62,903 nucleotides of DNA, filler included, from Octopus bimaculoides (GCF_001194135.2; 4 parts of 4 records of this genome joined end to end with filler, not necessarily neighbours in it), one strand, 5' to 3'; counted from the whole stretch's first letter, positions 49,523-62,903 are shown. Translations and numbers: made by a program. Notes: generated by a model not told the origin, from the letters alone.

Positions 49523-50725
49523 TATATATATATATATATATACAGACGTATGTATGTATGTTTGCATGTATGTATGCATATATGTATGTATGTATATGCA
49601 TATATAGAGGGGGAGAGAGAAGAAGAGAGAGAAGAAGGAGAGAGTAAGAGAGCTGTTATATGATCTTATAAACACATCAACCAGATAAATCATTCGAGGA
49701 CTGTTCTGGGATCGAACGTGGGATGCCTTCGTATAGTTTCAAGTAAACGTGAATTCATATTCATGGGAGATGCAGAGGATGTTGAAGTAAAAGTGAGGTG
49801 GGAGGGGAGAGAGCAAAAGTGACTAACAGTTAGAGCAGAGTAATTGATCGTCTGCTTTGATCGTAAATAAAAAGCTTAAAGGAGAACAAAAAAGAGAGAA
49901 TAAGATCATGCGATATTTAGAAATAATTTTTCTTTCCCGAGGAATATCTTGTGATATCTGCAATTCCCTCTTAGAAACTTCATTGATCTCATTCATATTA
50001 CAACCCAGTGAGTGACAGAAAGATTCTTATCTTTCTGACATTGGCCTTACTAATGTCAGTAGGTTTCATTGAAAATTCCTGGCATCAGAACTCCTAATCG
50101 ATCCTGTCTTGGCGTTAGCATATCATCTCTGTTGTTAAAGTCACATTCTTAAAACTAACTTTTCCATCAATAGTCAGGAATTTGCAGCACCATTCAGCAA
50201 ATTTACATTCTGTGCAAGCTCCAGATTAAGCCAGAATTGAAGCTGTACTACCCTATATATATATATANNNNNNNNNNNNNNNNNNNNNNNNNNNNNNNNN
50301 NNNNNNNNNNNNNNNNNNNNNNNNNNNNNNNNNNNNNNNNNNNNNNNNNNNNNNNNNNNNNNNNNNNNNNNNNNNNNNNNNNNNNNNNNNNNNNNNNNNN
50401 NNNNNNNNNNNNNNNNNNNNNNNNNNNNNNNNNNNNNNNNNNNNNNNNNNNNNNNNNNNNNNNNNNNNNNNNNNNNNNNNNNNNNNNNNNNNNNNNNNNN
50501 NNNNNNNNNNNNNNNNNNNNNNNNNNNNNNNNNNNNNNNNNNNNNNNNNNNNNNNNNNNNNNNNNNNNNNNNNNNNNNNNNNNNNNNNNNNNNNNNNNNN
50601 NNNNNNNNNNNNNNNNNNNNNNNNNNNNNNNNNNNNNNNNNNNNNNNNNNNNNNNNNNNNNNNNNNNNNNNNNNNNNNNNNNNNNNNNNNNNNNNNNNNN
50701 NNNNNNNNNNNNNNNNNNNNNNNNN

Positions 50726-50765
<40 letters not shown>

Positions 50766-50829
50766 TACGCACACATATTTATATATATGTATATATACAT
50801 ATACAAACATAGTATATATATATATATAT

Positions 50830-50865
<36 letters not shown>

Positions 50866-52009
50866 TGTAAGTATATATGTACGCACATTAGATCAAAATT
50901 TCTTATGAATTCGATGATAAATATTTCTCTTCAGACTAGTCAAACAAAAGCCGCCATAGCTTCCTGTTAGCTAAAATAAAATCGGTGTTCGACAGAGTTA
51001 GAAGTTCTAAAACCACAGGCATGCACGACCACATAATCCCATACAGAAACGAACATTTTCATTCATTTATTCATTCATTCCTTCACACACATACACACAC
51101 AAACGCATGCATACGTATATATGTATTAATTTGTTAAAAAAGTGGCGACTATTAGGTTCATTTGCTGATCATTTGAATAAAAAGCAAATATAACAAAACG
51201 CACGTCATTCAAAGCTAAATTATTTCACGAGAAAACAATCAACCTAACAAACAGCAATTGTTGAATGCGGATGAAGAAGGGTTGAGGATCCTAATTTTGT
51301 TCTCCGGTGTTGAAACAAAAGACATATAACTGAGTGTTCTCCTGTAATAAAGATGGCACCATGTGACACAGTAAACCAGACGTTACTGTGTTATTTCACA
51401 GCAAGATCGTCCACATCAAAATAATAAGTGTTCTGAGAGGCAGAGAGACAGAGAACAAAGAAGACAAACATTAGAAAAGGCTTCAAATAACTGATTATTT
51501 CGTTTTTATAACTCCCACTGCAAGATGGACTTTGTTAGATTAGAGTTGATAAGAGACGCATTCGGTTTATGTCGACATTGATTAACAAAATCGGGTGGAT
51601 GTTTTACGACACAGTAATATTCCTATATTTTGGGAAATTGTCACAATTATTTTGTGCACTTTTAATAACTGAAATGTAACATCTTGTGTGTAGTAAAGGT
51701 GTGATCAAAAGCAAAACAATGAAAGAGAGCCATCACGAAATTGAAAAACTGAAAAAAAAAAAAAAAAAGACTGTGGCTTGCAGAAAAATTGCCAATTATT
51801 TTTACATGTTTATCACATGCGACCAAACGTGAGAATGATGAGTTTAACCAGAACGTAACGAAGTTAGATCCATCACTTTCCAGAAGTTTATGATTTAAAT
51901 ATATATGAGCATGTCTAGATATGCAACTATATGCATGAGAATACATACATAAAGCAAAACATACAAATCTTCACGTAAACATGCATACATACAAACAAAA
52001 ATACCCTGT

Positions 52010-52110
52010 TGTTGATGTTGAAATTCCAATGAAAGAGCCTTGGATCTAGGTTAGAAACTGGTTCTTTCTCTATTGGCAAGAAATCTTGAAATAAAACTGA
52101 ACAATGACAT
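52010..52110 (+). repeat. Interspersed repeat family I with (ACAT)n tail
   Basis: gatgttgaaattccaatgaaagagccttggatc...ggcaag also at 60152-60222; reverse 3' piece at 45042-45080. Confidence 0.7.
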
Positions 52111-52513
52111 ACATACATATACCTAAGATAAACGCGTACAAATATACGCACGTAGTACAGTCACCTCATTTCCTTAATACAAATCTAAGATACACATACA
52201 TGTATAATCGTGGCTGTCGTAATACAGAAAGTGGTATACTGTAAACACAGTCGAAATCTCTTAAGTCTCAACTAACGATTCGCTAAGGATAGATTCACCA
52301 CAGCAAAGCACTCTACGCGACTACTTGATGCAATATTTATAGCGCAGAACTGGTTTCATACATACATACATACATACATACATACATACATACATACATA
52401 CATACATACATACATACATGCATGACTACCGAGTAGATGTCAAAATTCCAACAGAATTTTGCTTTTGAATTAGAAACCGATTACTTATTGTGAAATTTAA
52501 TAAGATGAGATAT

Positions 52514-52800
<287 letters not shown>

Positions 52801-53612
52801 TGTACAGACATGATTATGTATGAATGAACATACGTATTTTGATTTAAAGAGGCTTTACAAATGATTGCATAGATTGTACAAGTTCTGTCTGTGTGTCTTG
52901 TGTACGTGTGTATCTGTGTACGTGTGTATCTGTGTACGTGTTTATGTGGGTATGTGTTTGTGTGTGTGTGTTTATGTATGTTTATTTAAGAGACGTATTT
53001 AATTTAATCTTTTTAAATATTAATATGTGAAACAATTTTTATGTAGCAAGAGATTTCATATCAATGAATATTTTATTGATCGACAAACAGCGAGACAATT
53101 CCTATGGAACCGAGATGAAGTTTGGAATTTGTAATTGAAGATGATTGGGATATTTACCACTCAAAATGAAAAATGGTTACAAGGAGATAATTGATGTTAA
53201 TTGTTCCAAAAATTCATCTCTAAATATAATGTTATATCTAATAACTTCCATTCTTTCGGGGGGGGGGGGAATAAAGAAAGTATCGGTCCAGGACGGTGAG
53301 ATGGCGAAATTGTTCGAGAACAATCCGTTACGGTTCCATACGTTCTGTTTTCAAACCGCACCTTCCGTCTCCGGAAGCAGTAAACACGTCTGACAGGAGT
53401 TGAAAACCTGACTAGGAGAAAGAAAACTCTGGAGTTAAGCCCGACTCAAGCATGTTAGCAACTCGAGATGATTATTGCCAATTAAAATTAACACATGAAA
53501 TGGCAATCAGCCAAGATGAAGAAAGAATACTTTCATGTATAGACGGGCAGCGCGCAAATTTGCGCCAAGAAGCGAAAAATTGACTTTAAATAATAGAAAG
53601 AAATCAACTTAC

Positions 53613-53670
53613 CCCAATGGTTTTTGCTTCAAAAGAAGCTACCCACTGGTCAGCAGATATCAGCTTGTTT
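53613..53670 (-). CDS. Internal coding exon of an unidentified host gene
   Basis: Acceptor ccatttttgtttgcttttacAG, donor GG|GTAAGT; 58 nt; single open frame NKLISADQWVASFEAKTIG (phase 2 to 0). Confidence 0.72.
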
Positions 53671-53839
53671 CTGTAAAAGCAAACAAAAATGGAGAAGTCA
53701 AAATAGAAAGTATGTAGAAATTGTACCTTTTTGTTGGTCTATAAAAGATTTTGGTATTTTATGTGTGTGTCTATGTGTCTGTGTGTGCATTTATCATGTG
53801 TATGTATATATGTATGTGTATGTATGTATATACAATTAC

Positions 53840-54020
53840 GTGTATGCACCAATTCGACGGGTTTCTGGGCAGCTTCGGGGAACTAAATTCAATTCACACA
53901 GCATTGGCCAACCCTAAACAATAGTAAGTGACATTCATCAAGGTTTCGTGCTCTGCAATGGAACCGGGAACCCCACTTTTGTAATGCAAACGTTTTAAAA
54001 CCCTGTCATCTCTGCACCTA
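53840..54020 (-). mobile_element. Degenerate family A-like SINE head
   Basis: Minus strand gggttcccggttccattgcagagcac...ccttgatgaatgtc; ends ...gaaacccgtcg. Confidence 0.45.
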
Positions 54021-54195
54021 AACATCAGTGACTAAACTGAGGTGAAGCAGAATTGCTCCAGCAGGGACTGGAAACCGAACTAGATAGTGACCTGTCCATT
54101 ATAGTTTTATTTCATGTTTTTTTCTTATTACTTTTTTTCATCAGCATTCACCGCAGTCATCTAGCAAGGAAAACAGGAAAATATAATTATTTCCT

Positions 54196-54295
54196 NNNNN
54201 NNNNNNNNNNNNNNNNNNNNNNNNNNNNNNNNNNNNNNNTTAATTAATTAANNNNNNNNNNNNNNNNNNNNNNNNNNNNNNNNNNNNNNNNNNNN
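54196..54295. other. Scaffolding spacer N44-TTAATTAATTAA-N44
   Basis: Same 100-bp structure as 11270. Confidence 0.97.
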
Positions 54296-54964
54296 AACTG
54301 GTTATTAAAAACAAAGCTCAATATTTCTCTAGCCATCGCTCATTGTCTCTTTCTAACCAAATCCAGTGGCTAGCCTTCTCCACTGTAGTTTGGATATCGG
54401 TCATGGTGGTATTTACCTTACGATGAGTTAGGCCTAACGATAACGATATGTGACTTGTTAATAATTATAAACCTTTTTCTTCTTTACATTTTATCATAAG
54501 ATATTTGACCATTGATATATTAAAAAATAATCGTAATTATTTCTAATATATCCTCCGTAATGTTTTTACATTACTTCCTACTTACACAAAAATTTACTTT
54601 GCCTCCCATAATTAACCAAATGGTTTTACTATTAGTTACCTTATTTTTAGTGTAACTATCTTTGAAAGACATAGATTTACCTTTAGAACGAAAATACGGG
54701 ATTAAACGAGAGTTATCTCTCTTCCTCTCTTTGATGGCGTATAAATTAAATTTTGGTATCGTTTATATCCTTACAGCTAGATTTCATATCTCCATTAGTA
54801 AAGGTAAAATAAGATTGAATGGAATTGATGTAGGTAACTTTCTCTGTATAACCTGCTTTAAGTAAGGCAGAGTTATAAAATTCGGCCGCGGTTTAATGAA
54901 TGAAACAATTAAAATAAAAAGGATTAAGTAATCTGACTAATTCTTTAAGCACATTTTCTGATAT

Positions 54965-55150
54965 ATTGGTTTTAAATTTTGGCACAAGGCCATCAGTTTT
55001 GGTGGAAGGGCCAGTGCCCAGTGCACTTATTTTATCAACCCGAAAGGATGAAAGGTAAAACCGGTCTTGGAGGAATGTCTTTGATGTCAAAAAAGGACAA
55101 AATACCGCTAACCATCTTCCCCGGCTTGCTAACGATTTTGCCAGCATGTC
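54965..55150 (-). mobile_element. SINE family B
   Basis: ttggcacaaggcc...ttttatcaacccgaaaggatgaaaggtaaa...aacgattttgccagc. Confidence 0.8.
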
Positions 55151-55328
55151 NNNNNNNNNNNNNNNNNNNNNNNNNNNNNNNNNNNNNNNNNNNNNNNNNN
55201 NNNNNNNNNNNNNNNNNNNNNNNNNNNNNNNNNNNNNNNNNNNNNNNNNNNNNNNNNNNNNNNNNNNNNNNNNNNNNNNNNNNNNNNNNNNNNNNNNNNN
55301 NNNNNNNNNNNNNNNNNNNNNNNNNNNC

Positions 55329-55630
55329 GATTCCCAGACCGGACGTTGTGAGTGTTTATTGAGCGAAAACACCTAAAGCTCCACGAGGCTCCGGCAGGGG
55401 ATGGTGGCGAACCCTGCTGTACTCTTTCACCACAACTTTCTCTCACTCTTTCTTCCTGTTTCTGCTGTGCCTGTATTTCAAAGGGTCAGCCTTGTCACAC
55501 TGTGTCACGCTGAATATCCCCGAGAACTACATGAAGGGTACACATGTCTGTGGAGTGCTCAGCCACTTGCACGTTAATTTCACGAGCAGGCTGTTCTGTT
55601 GATCGGATCAACTGGAACCCTCGACGTCGT
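55329..55630 (+). mobile_element. Probable SINE, family D (head lost in gap)
   Basis: Begins with B-box remnant cgattcccagacc, GC-richer body, ends gtcgtaagcgacagagtgcc(aac)n. Confidence 0.5.
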
Positions 55631-57874
55631 AAGCGACAGAGTGCCAACAACAAGTAATAGCTTGAAGAGGTGAAGGGAAATATACAAACTCTAGGTTAGT
55701 TCAAATACTTTGTTTCATATTTAAACTTCAAAAATGCAATTTCGCTGTTGTTTAACTTGGAGTTTATGAGTTTCTTCATAAGCAGATTTTCGTGGTCTGT
55801 GAAGTAATATCTCCGGATGCCTTAACTTTCAAATCTACACCAGCAGATAATTTACAGTGTGCAAAGGATGAATTTAAACAAAAGGAGTAAATTTGTAATC
55901 GTAACTGGACAGAACCTCTCAAAACCGTGTCGAAATCCCATACTGGATATTAGTGAAGTCCCTACAATTGTTATTGCTGTTGTTGGTGGTGGTGGTCGTC
56001 GTCGTTGTCATTGTCAACTTCATAGTCATCGTCGGCGTCGTCGTTTTCTCCCTGAACGAAGAAATTTACGATCAAAGGCGTCTGCCTCTCCAGTTGTTGT
56101 TCACTCAGAGGACGCGACGTTGACCACCTACATAAGCCACAGCAAGACTTGAACTCTCAATACAAATAACTGGAGCTTATAACACAAAAGGACCTTGGCC
56201 CACGCTCTCATGATTCCGTTAATCCAATGTTCTAAATCGATACTTGATTTGTTGACCCTGTGAGAATGAACGGCAAAGCTGACCTCGGCAGGATTTGAAC
56301 AACACTTCCACAAAGCACCTATTTTTAACTTAAAGTCGGAGTGAAGTTTGTTGGAAAGTTCAGAAGGGAGAAACGAAAGAAAGAATGCTGAAAGGAAGAC
56401 AGAATACATACATACATACATACATACATACACACATATATATGCATATATGTATAGATGCATTCCTACATATATATAAGTATATATGTGTGTGTGTGTA
56501 TTCATACACAATATATATATATGTATATATTTGTGTGTGATTGTGTGTAATGTATGTATATATGTATCTATGTATGTATGCAATTATTTTCGATTCTTCT
56601 CTATACAAAATGTTCATGTAAGATAGAGTAGAAGGTTTGCCTCTCATATACAAACAATACAGAAAGGAACATGTGAATGTGAGTGTGAAAAGAAGGCTTT
56701 TAAGGTAAGCCAAGGTAGCAACGTAATATGAGAACATAGAATGATTTTGGTAGGCTATGGGAATAGAATATATGTGTAAAGGCAGATTAAGACGGGTTAT
56801 TTGTGATAAGCTATAGGCGGAAAGAAATCTATAAGTATATAAATATAGGAAGATTAAGAACGGTTAGTTGCTGCTGTGCTTAGAGAGCTCCAATTGGGTG
56901 ATCAGAAGTATAGATGAATGTGAAATAAATATACGGTTGACTGGAATTGAATTATATATATATATATAAATATATATATGAACAAAAAGGAAAGTTAAAA
57001 TAAACATAAGCAGCATTGAAAGCTAAAGCGAAAATGAAAGTGAAAGTAGAGGCAAGTGAGAGTGAGAGACATTCATTAAGATAACAAACTCGGGAAATAC
57101 AAGAAATCTAGAGATTAAGAAGGATCAAACTGTTGATGAAGAATTACGTAGTGCTGGAAATTGAAATTGAAAATGAAGTCACGAGTAAACTAACTGTAAG
57201 AGTTGGTCTATCCGGGATTAGGAGAAACAGGGAAAGATAATAGCAGAGCAGTTTAATGGTGTTGGTGGGGGAATGTGTAGAAATGTGTGGAACGGGAGCC
57301 AGCAAGATTACACAGTTAGTGAGAAGATGATGGGTGTGAGTGAGTGAGTGAGAGAAAGAGAGGGAATATTCTTTTCTGTTGAGATGTGGAACGAAAGCAA
57401 ACTTACTAATTTAACTGCAAAACCTGACAGCTTTCTGTCCAATACCGTTAATAGAAACATGATTAAAAGAGTTTACTTGAGAGCTACTGGAAGTGTATAT
57501 TTGAGAATCAAGTCTTTATGCAGAGATACAGAGAGAGAGAAAAAGCGAGAGAAAAGGAAACAAGGAAGGGACACGGAGCAAAACGTTCGGATTGAGCTGC
57601 CAATGCCACAGTATTTTGCGAATCGAATGGATAATGTTTCAAATCTAGCCACTGGTGCTAACATGTTGACTGCATCAAAGGGATCCAAAATGTCAGAGTT
57701 AGGCGTACATATATGTCAGTAGTGGTGTGTACAGACAAAATAGAGTCGTCCTGCTAGAAATAACAACCAATTCCATCAAATAACAACTTACCGATGCTAC
57801 TTTGTGCTATATTACTGTGACACATTATACAATGAGACATATATTACTACATACAATGATACAGTGTATATAGT

Positions 57875-58424
57875 AATATTGGTTTCAAATTTCGGCACAA
57901 AGCCAGTAATTTCGGGGGAGGGGGTAAGTCGATTACATCGACCTCAGTGTTAAACTGGTACTTATTTTATCGACCTCGCAAGGATAAAAGGCAAAGTGGA
58001 CCTCGATGGAATTTGAACTTAGAACGTAAAGACGGACGAAATGCCGCTAAACATTTTGCCCGGCCTGCTAACGATTATTAAGTAATAATAAACATATATA
58101 AAACTTCCGCCGAGCTCGAGTTTGTCTTTCATTCTTTTGGGATCGATAAAATAACTATCAGTCGAGTAAATGACTTAACCCCTTCATCGAAATTGCTGGG
58201 TAAGTCTCAAAATTTGAAACCAATATTCTTTTCTACTTTAGGTACAAAGCCCGAAATTTTGGGGGAGGGGGTCCATTCGATTACATCGACCCCAGTACGC
58301 AACTGGTACTTAATTTTTCGACCCCGAAAGGATGAAAGCCAAAGATGGAATTTGAACGCAGAGCATAAAGACGGACGAAATACCGCTAAGCATTTTGCCC
58401 GGCTTGCTAACTATTCTGTCAGCT
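57875..58424. mobile_element. Three clustered family B SINEs: minus 57875-58075, plus 58105-58227, minus 58228-58424
   Basis: Cores recognisable in each; the first two share a perfect 18-bp inverted terminus aatattggtttcaaattt. Confidence 0.85.
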
Positions 58425-58559
58425 TAACCCAATATTTTGCGCTATTATTTATAGTTTTGTGTACTTCGAGTTCAGCCAACAAAAACGACTCCACTCGAGG
58501 TTACAGAAAATGATTTGCCCCAATGACAACTAGCAGAACTAGAACATGCATCTAATGAT

Positions 58560-58612
58560 TACCTTGTGGTTGAGAAGCAAACTTCTTACCACACAGCCAC
58601 TCCGGCGCCTAT
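58560..58612 (-). mobile_element. SINE family A head fragment
   Basis: aggcgccggagtggctgtgtggtaagaagtttgcttctcaaccac. Confidence 0.7.
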
Positions 58613-58664
58613 AATATATATGATATACGTATGCACATACGTAAACATACACATGTATGAGTAC

Positions 58665-58709
<45 letters not shown>

Positions 58710-58719
58710 NNNNNNNNNN

Positions 58720-58758
<39 letters not shown>

Positions 58759-59046
58759 TCATGCATACATATACATATGTATACACACACACATATACCT
58801 ATACATATATACAAGTACATATATATATATACACACACTTACATCATACATACATATATGTATGTATACACACACACACGTACGTTTGTATATAAATATT
58901 GCATAAGTGTATGTCTATATATATGTTTGAATATAAGCACCCCGTCAAGTCTCTATACGATATACTTTTATATTTCAATGCCGCCTTTTTTCTTCTATTG
59001 CCAAAACAATCTCTGTGTGTGTATGTGTTTGCGTAGGTATGTTTGT

Positions 59047-59148
<102 letters not shown>

Positions 59149-59286
59149 ATTGTGTGTGAGTTGTATATGTGTGTGAGTTGTGTATGTGTGTGCGTAATTA
59201 TGTTTGTTGTGTGTGTGTGTGTGTGTGCGTAAGTATGTTTGTTGTGTGTGTATGTGTGTGCCTAGCTATGTTTGTCNNNNNNNNNN

Positions 59287-59331
<45 letters not shown>

Positions 59332-60227
59332 CTAGCCGGAAGCAACAGTGGGTCATCCGTCTGTCGATGAGTGTCCCGAAATAGAATCTATTCTATTTTC
59401 GCTTGGTCTAATCGGAATTTGACCTCGCGCGATTCAAACAGCAAAAACCAACAAACACCAACAACAGAAATGGCTTTCACTGCTAACAACGCCATCACAA
59501 CCACCATTACCACCATCACCGCCACCATTACCACCACCAACACCACCACCACCGCTCCCATCGCCGCCGCCACCTCTTAGGCTTTCCTCAAGCTATACCA
59601 ACGAATTTCAATAGCATCACTGCTGTAAACCAACATACCAACACCAACAACTATGTCCCTCTACCGTCAACATCATCGTCATAAGCATTGTAATCATCAT
59701 CTTCGTCGTCGTCCTCACCACCACCACCATCATCGTCATTATCATCATCATCGTCGTCATCATTACCACATCCTTACCATCATCACCAACACCAAATATC
59801 ACCACCGCCATCACCGACATCAACAATATCACATGATTCATGTGTTTCTGTTCCTTGTCTGCTCTTCAGCTAAACGGTTCTTCGTTTACTTCGCTACAGG
59901 CGCCGAGACCAAAACCTTTCAGAACAACGTCCTGTGCGTTATGCATTATGCGTGTGTGTGTGTAGAGAGAGAAAGAGAGTGAGAGTGAGAGAATGGAACA
60001 TTCACACGGAGAAAGAGAGTGTAACAAATATATACGTTTATACTTCTACCCACATACATACATACATTTCTACATACATACATACATGCATACTTATATC
60101 CATGCATACACACATACATGCATACATGCATACATACATACATACATACATACAGATGTTGAAATTGCAATGAAGGAGCCTTGGATCCTGGTTAGAAACC
60201 GTCTCTTTCTCTATTGGCAAGATAAGA

Positions 60228-60366
60228 GTGCAAACAACAAACTAAAGTATTAGTTTAACGCTCGGGAAGTGAGAAAGTCTTTTACGTTTCGAGCCGACGC
60301 TCTTCAACAGAAAGAAATACAAAAATAAGCAAAGAGAGAAATTTTTTTAAAAAACGTTTAGTGGCT
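60228..60366 (-). mobile_element. Short Penelope-like terminal repeat, copy 2
   Basis: Homologous to 44810-44965. Confidence 0.6.
60278..60315 (-). ncRNA. Hammerhead-like motif, CUGUUGA variant
   Basis: UCUUU-CUGUUGA-A-GAGC-GUCG-GCUC-GAA-ACGU-A^-AAAGA; perfect 5-bp stem I and 4-bp stem II. Confidence 0.55.
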
Positions 60367-60489
60367 AGAAGACGAGATCTGGGGCCATCACTTCGAGCCG
60401 GAATCCAGAAGGCAGAGTAGGGAGTAGAAATACCCAAAATCGCCGGGGAAGAAAAAATTGAAGACTCAAACTTCCGCAGAGAAAGTAAT

Positions 60490-60645
60490 GTTAACTAAAG
60501 TGTTGAGATAATTACTTTACAATCACGAGATCCCGGGTTCAATCCCACTCTGCGACATCTTGGACATATGTTTCTTACCATTAACTTAGGCTGGTCGATC
60601 CAAGTTTTGTGAGTGATATAAGGCAGGCTGGAACTGTCCGGAAGC
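60490..60645 (+). mobile_element. Degenerate SINE family A 5' half
   Basis: cccgggttcaatcccactctgcgacatcttgg...ttgtgagtg...gaagccc. Confidence 0.6.
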
Positions 60646-60787
60646 CCTTCATATATTTTGTAACGATAATTCAGTTACGGTCTTGCCACACATTGTTTTA
60701 AGCTGTATATATATGCATGTATGTATATGTGTGTGTGTATGTGTGTGTGTTTGTGCGTGTGTTGGGGGTACGTATATATTACTTCAG

Positions 60788-61090
60788 CTAGGGTTTCAGG
60801 GGTCCACAACAAATGTGTGTAACACCTTTGACAATGAACCTAAGAGATCTGCAAGGTGAAAATGTGAAAACCTCCAAAAAGTACCTGGACAAATTTCTCT
60901 CCGAAATCCTAAATGAGCCCACATCATGGCAGGAGGCACAAAAAAGAGCAGCTTTGACCAAGTCACTTCTTCGCCAAAAACAGTACCGAATGGAGACCCA
61001 AAGACAGTGAAATGCAGTGCTCCAGCATGGCTCCAGCATGGCTCCAGCCTCTGACTGAAACCAGTAAAAAGAATACAAGAATAACAGAAT
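60788..61090 (+). mobile_element. CR1-clade LINE 3' end
   Basis: SLGFRGPQ...LRDLQG...LDKFLSEILNEPT...RAALTKSL; tail gtgctccagcatggc...ctgactgaaaccagtaaaaagaata. Confidence 0.85.
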
Positions 61091-62714
61091 AAACTTTAGA
61101 TTTTCAGGAATTGAATGGCGTTTATTTTGCCGTTTTATTTATATGGGTTAAATTGAATCAATCAACGGCCACATTTGTAAACAAGAGACGCTTCTCAGAC
61201 CACAGATCGTCATGCAATTGCTCGCAAACCACTACACACCTACTATACACAGTCACTTAAAGCGCCAGGTGATGGTGTTAAACTGGGCGACACATTAAGT
61301 CTGCTATTATTTAAAAACCTTTACTTTTCTTTCTCCATCATGTATTTCAAACATAATTTGTTGTTTCTTTATAGATTTCATTTCTTCCTTTCTTTCTCAC
61401 TTCCTTTCTTATTTTATTTTGAATCACTGACCCCCAACTAGCCGGACCGAATGGATTCACCCTTCCATGGAAGGGAAACCAAGTACTTAAGCATTCATTC
61501 ATTTTGTAAACAGTAGAATCAATTCAATTCTGTATTATTATAGTTTTTTTTTTTTTGTCATCTTGTTCTTATATTTTATTGTTTGTTTTAGTTCCCATGT
61601 TGCATTTTCTCTTTCCTCCATTCACTCTTTTCATTCTCTTCCCTGCTCTCTTTTCGATTTTGTTGGAAAATATATATATATAGGTTTTGCATTAATCACT
61701 CCTCTCTCTCTCTCTTGTTCTTCCTCACTCTCATTCTCTCTTTCTCTCTTATTCCTATTTCTGAATGTGTGTGTGTGTGTGCATTTGCGGTTTTCGGATC
61801 GCTAATTTCACCTAGAAGAGAACTTTAGTGCCACTGGAGTGCATGTGTTTTTGTGTATATGTGTGTATATACATATATGTATGTACATAAAAACATACAT
61901 GTGTATTGTATATATGTATGTATGTATGTGTATATACACGTATGCATATTTATGTATGAATTTATTTCGGTGTGAGAGAGAGAGAGATAGTCATGTTTTG
62001 TTTCCTTTAGTTAACATATTCAAACAGCTACAAGTCCGCCATATTCAATATGTCTGCAACGTAAACGTATCTATATAAAGGCTATTAATCCATCCCATCG
62101 CCCCTGTTTGGTTAGTTAGTTAGTTGGTTAGTTGACTGGCTGGTTAGTCGATTGTTTTTAGAATTTATTTTATTTGTTGCTTTCATTTTCTAGTTTTCTT
62201 TGTGTTGTATTTGTTCTGCGATACATTTTTTTAATTTTTTTTATTTTTGTCTTTTTGCGTTATTGTTTCCATTATGTGTCGGATATATCTCTGCGATACA
62301 AACAAATGCATACACACATGCACATTGACTAAATGAGAGTGAGGGAGAGAGTGAATCAGACAGATAGACAGACAGAATGAGGGGGAAACATGCACACATA
62401 AGCACATAAATGAAAACATACAATTACAGAAAAATATACATACATATATATACACATACATTGAAAGTCACACACGTACACAGCAACAGCAGAATACCAC
62501 ACATTCAATACACACAGCCAAACACATACGAAGAGAGAATGGGTGAGAAAGGGAGAAAGAGAGAGAAAGCGTGCAAAACAGTACACAAATGTATTAAGGT
62601 ATGAAATGGAAGAGATAGACAAAGAGAGAGCAAGAGAGAGAGACACAGAGACAGAGACAGAGACAGTGAGAGAGACAGAGAGACAGAGACAGAGACAGAG
62701 AATAGAATAATAAA

Positions 62715-62880
62715 TAGGAGCCGGTGTGGCAGTGTAAAAAAAAAAGCTTCTTTCCGAACGACATGGTTCCGGGTTCAGTTCCACTGCGTGACAGCTTGAG
62801 CGAGTGTCTTCTATTGTAACATTGAACTGACCAAAGACTTGAGTGGATTTGGTCGACGGAAACTGAAAGAAGCCCGTCAT
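62715..62880 (+). mobile_element. SINE family A 5' half
   Basis: catggttccgggttcagttccactgcgtg...gtggatttggtcgacggaaactgaaagaagcccgtc. Confidence 0.85.
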
Positions 62881-62903
62881 ATATATATATATATATATAT
62901 ATA

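Noticed and set aside
51230-51434. Strong minus acceptor followed by VWFTVSHG...GEHS...LHPH, loosely like an S1 TAAHC exon
   Set aside because: All three frames have stops near the start; the match needs several frameshifts, so likely over-fitting.
52270-52310. CCGESILSESLVET resembling CGGSILS
   Set aside because: Immediate stop and no splice sites.

Overview
AT-rich, repeat-saturated eukaryotic DNA, most likely a coleoid cephalopod (Octopus-like); this is inferred from the SINE/LINE families and microsatellite load, not from a search. There are no prokaryotic features, rRNA, true tRNA genes or CRISPR arrays. The window has many N gaps and three identical 100-bp scaffolding spacers (N44-TTAATTAATTAA-N44 at 11270, 37934, 54196), so it is four joined pieces with no base-level support for adjacency. 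Nearly all ORFs in the supplied track are microsatellite or N artefacts. The real content is: several tRNA-derived SINE families; CR1, RTE and restriction-like-endonuclease (R4/Dong-like) LINE remnants, the last sitting in (AAT)n arrays; mariner and piggyBac remnants; and Penelope-like fragments. Main highlights: (1) one near-canonical minimal hammerhead ribozyme motif (36139-36186, minus) and two copies of a CUGUUGA-core variant (44859-44897, 60278-60315); (2) small canonical-splice exons on the minus strand (53613-53670, 48353-48470, 12453-12489, 9857-10043) whose peptides resemble, in the right order, a trypsin (S1) fold lacking catalytic motifs; (3) a TTAA-flanked non-autonomous piggyBac that keeps a strong splice acceptor on that same strand; (4) an RTE LINE end carrying three C2H2-like fingers. 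Edges of degenerate repeats are approximate (about +/-20 bp). All family assignments are by eye.
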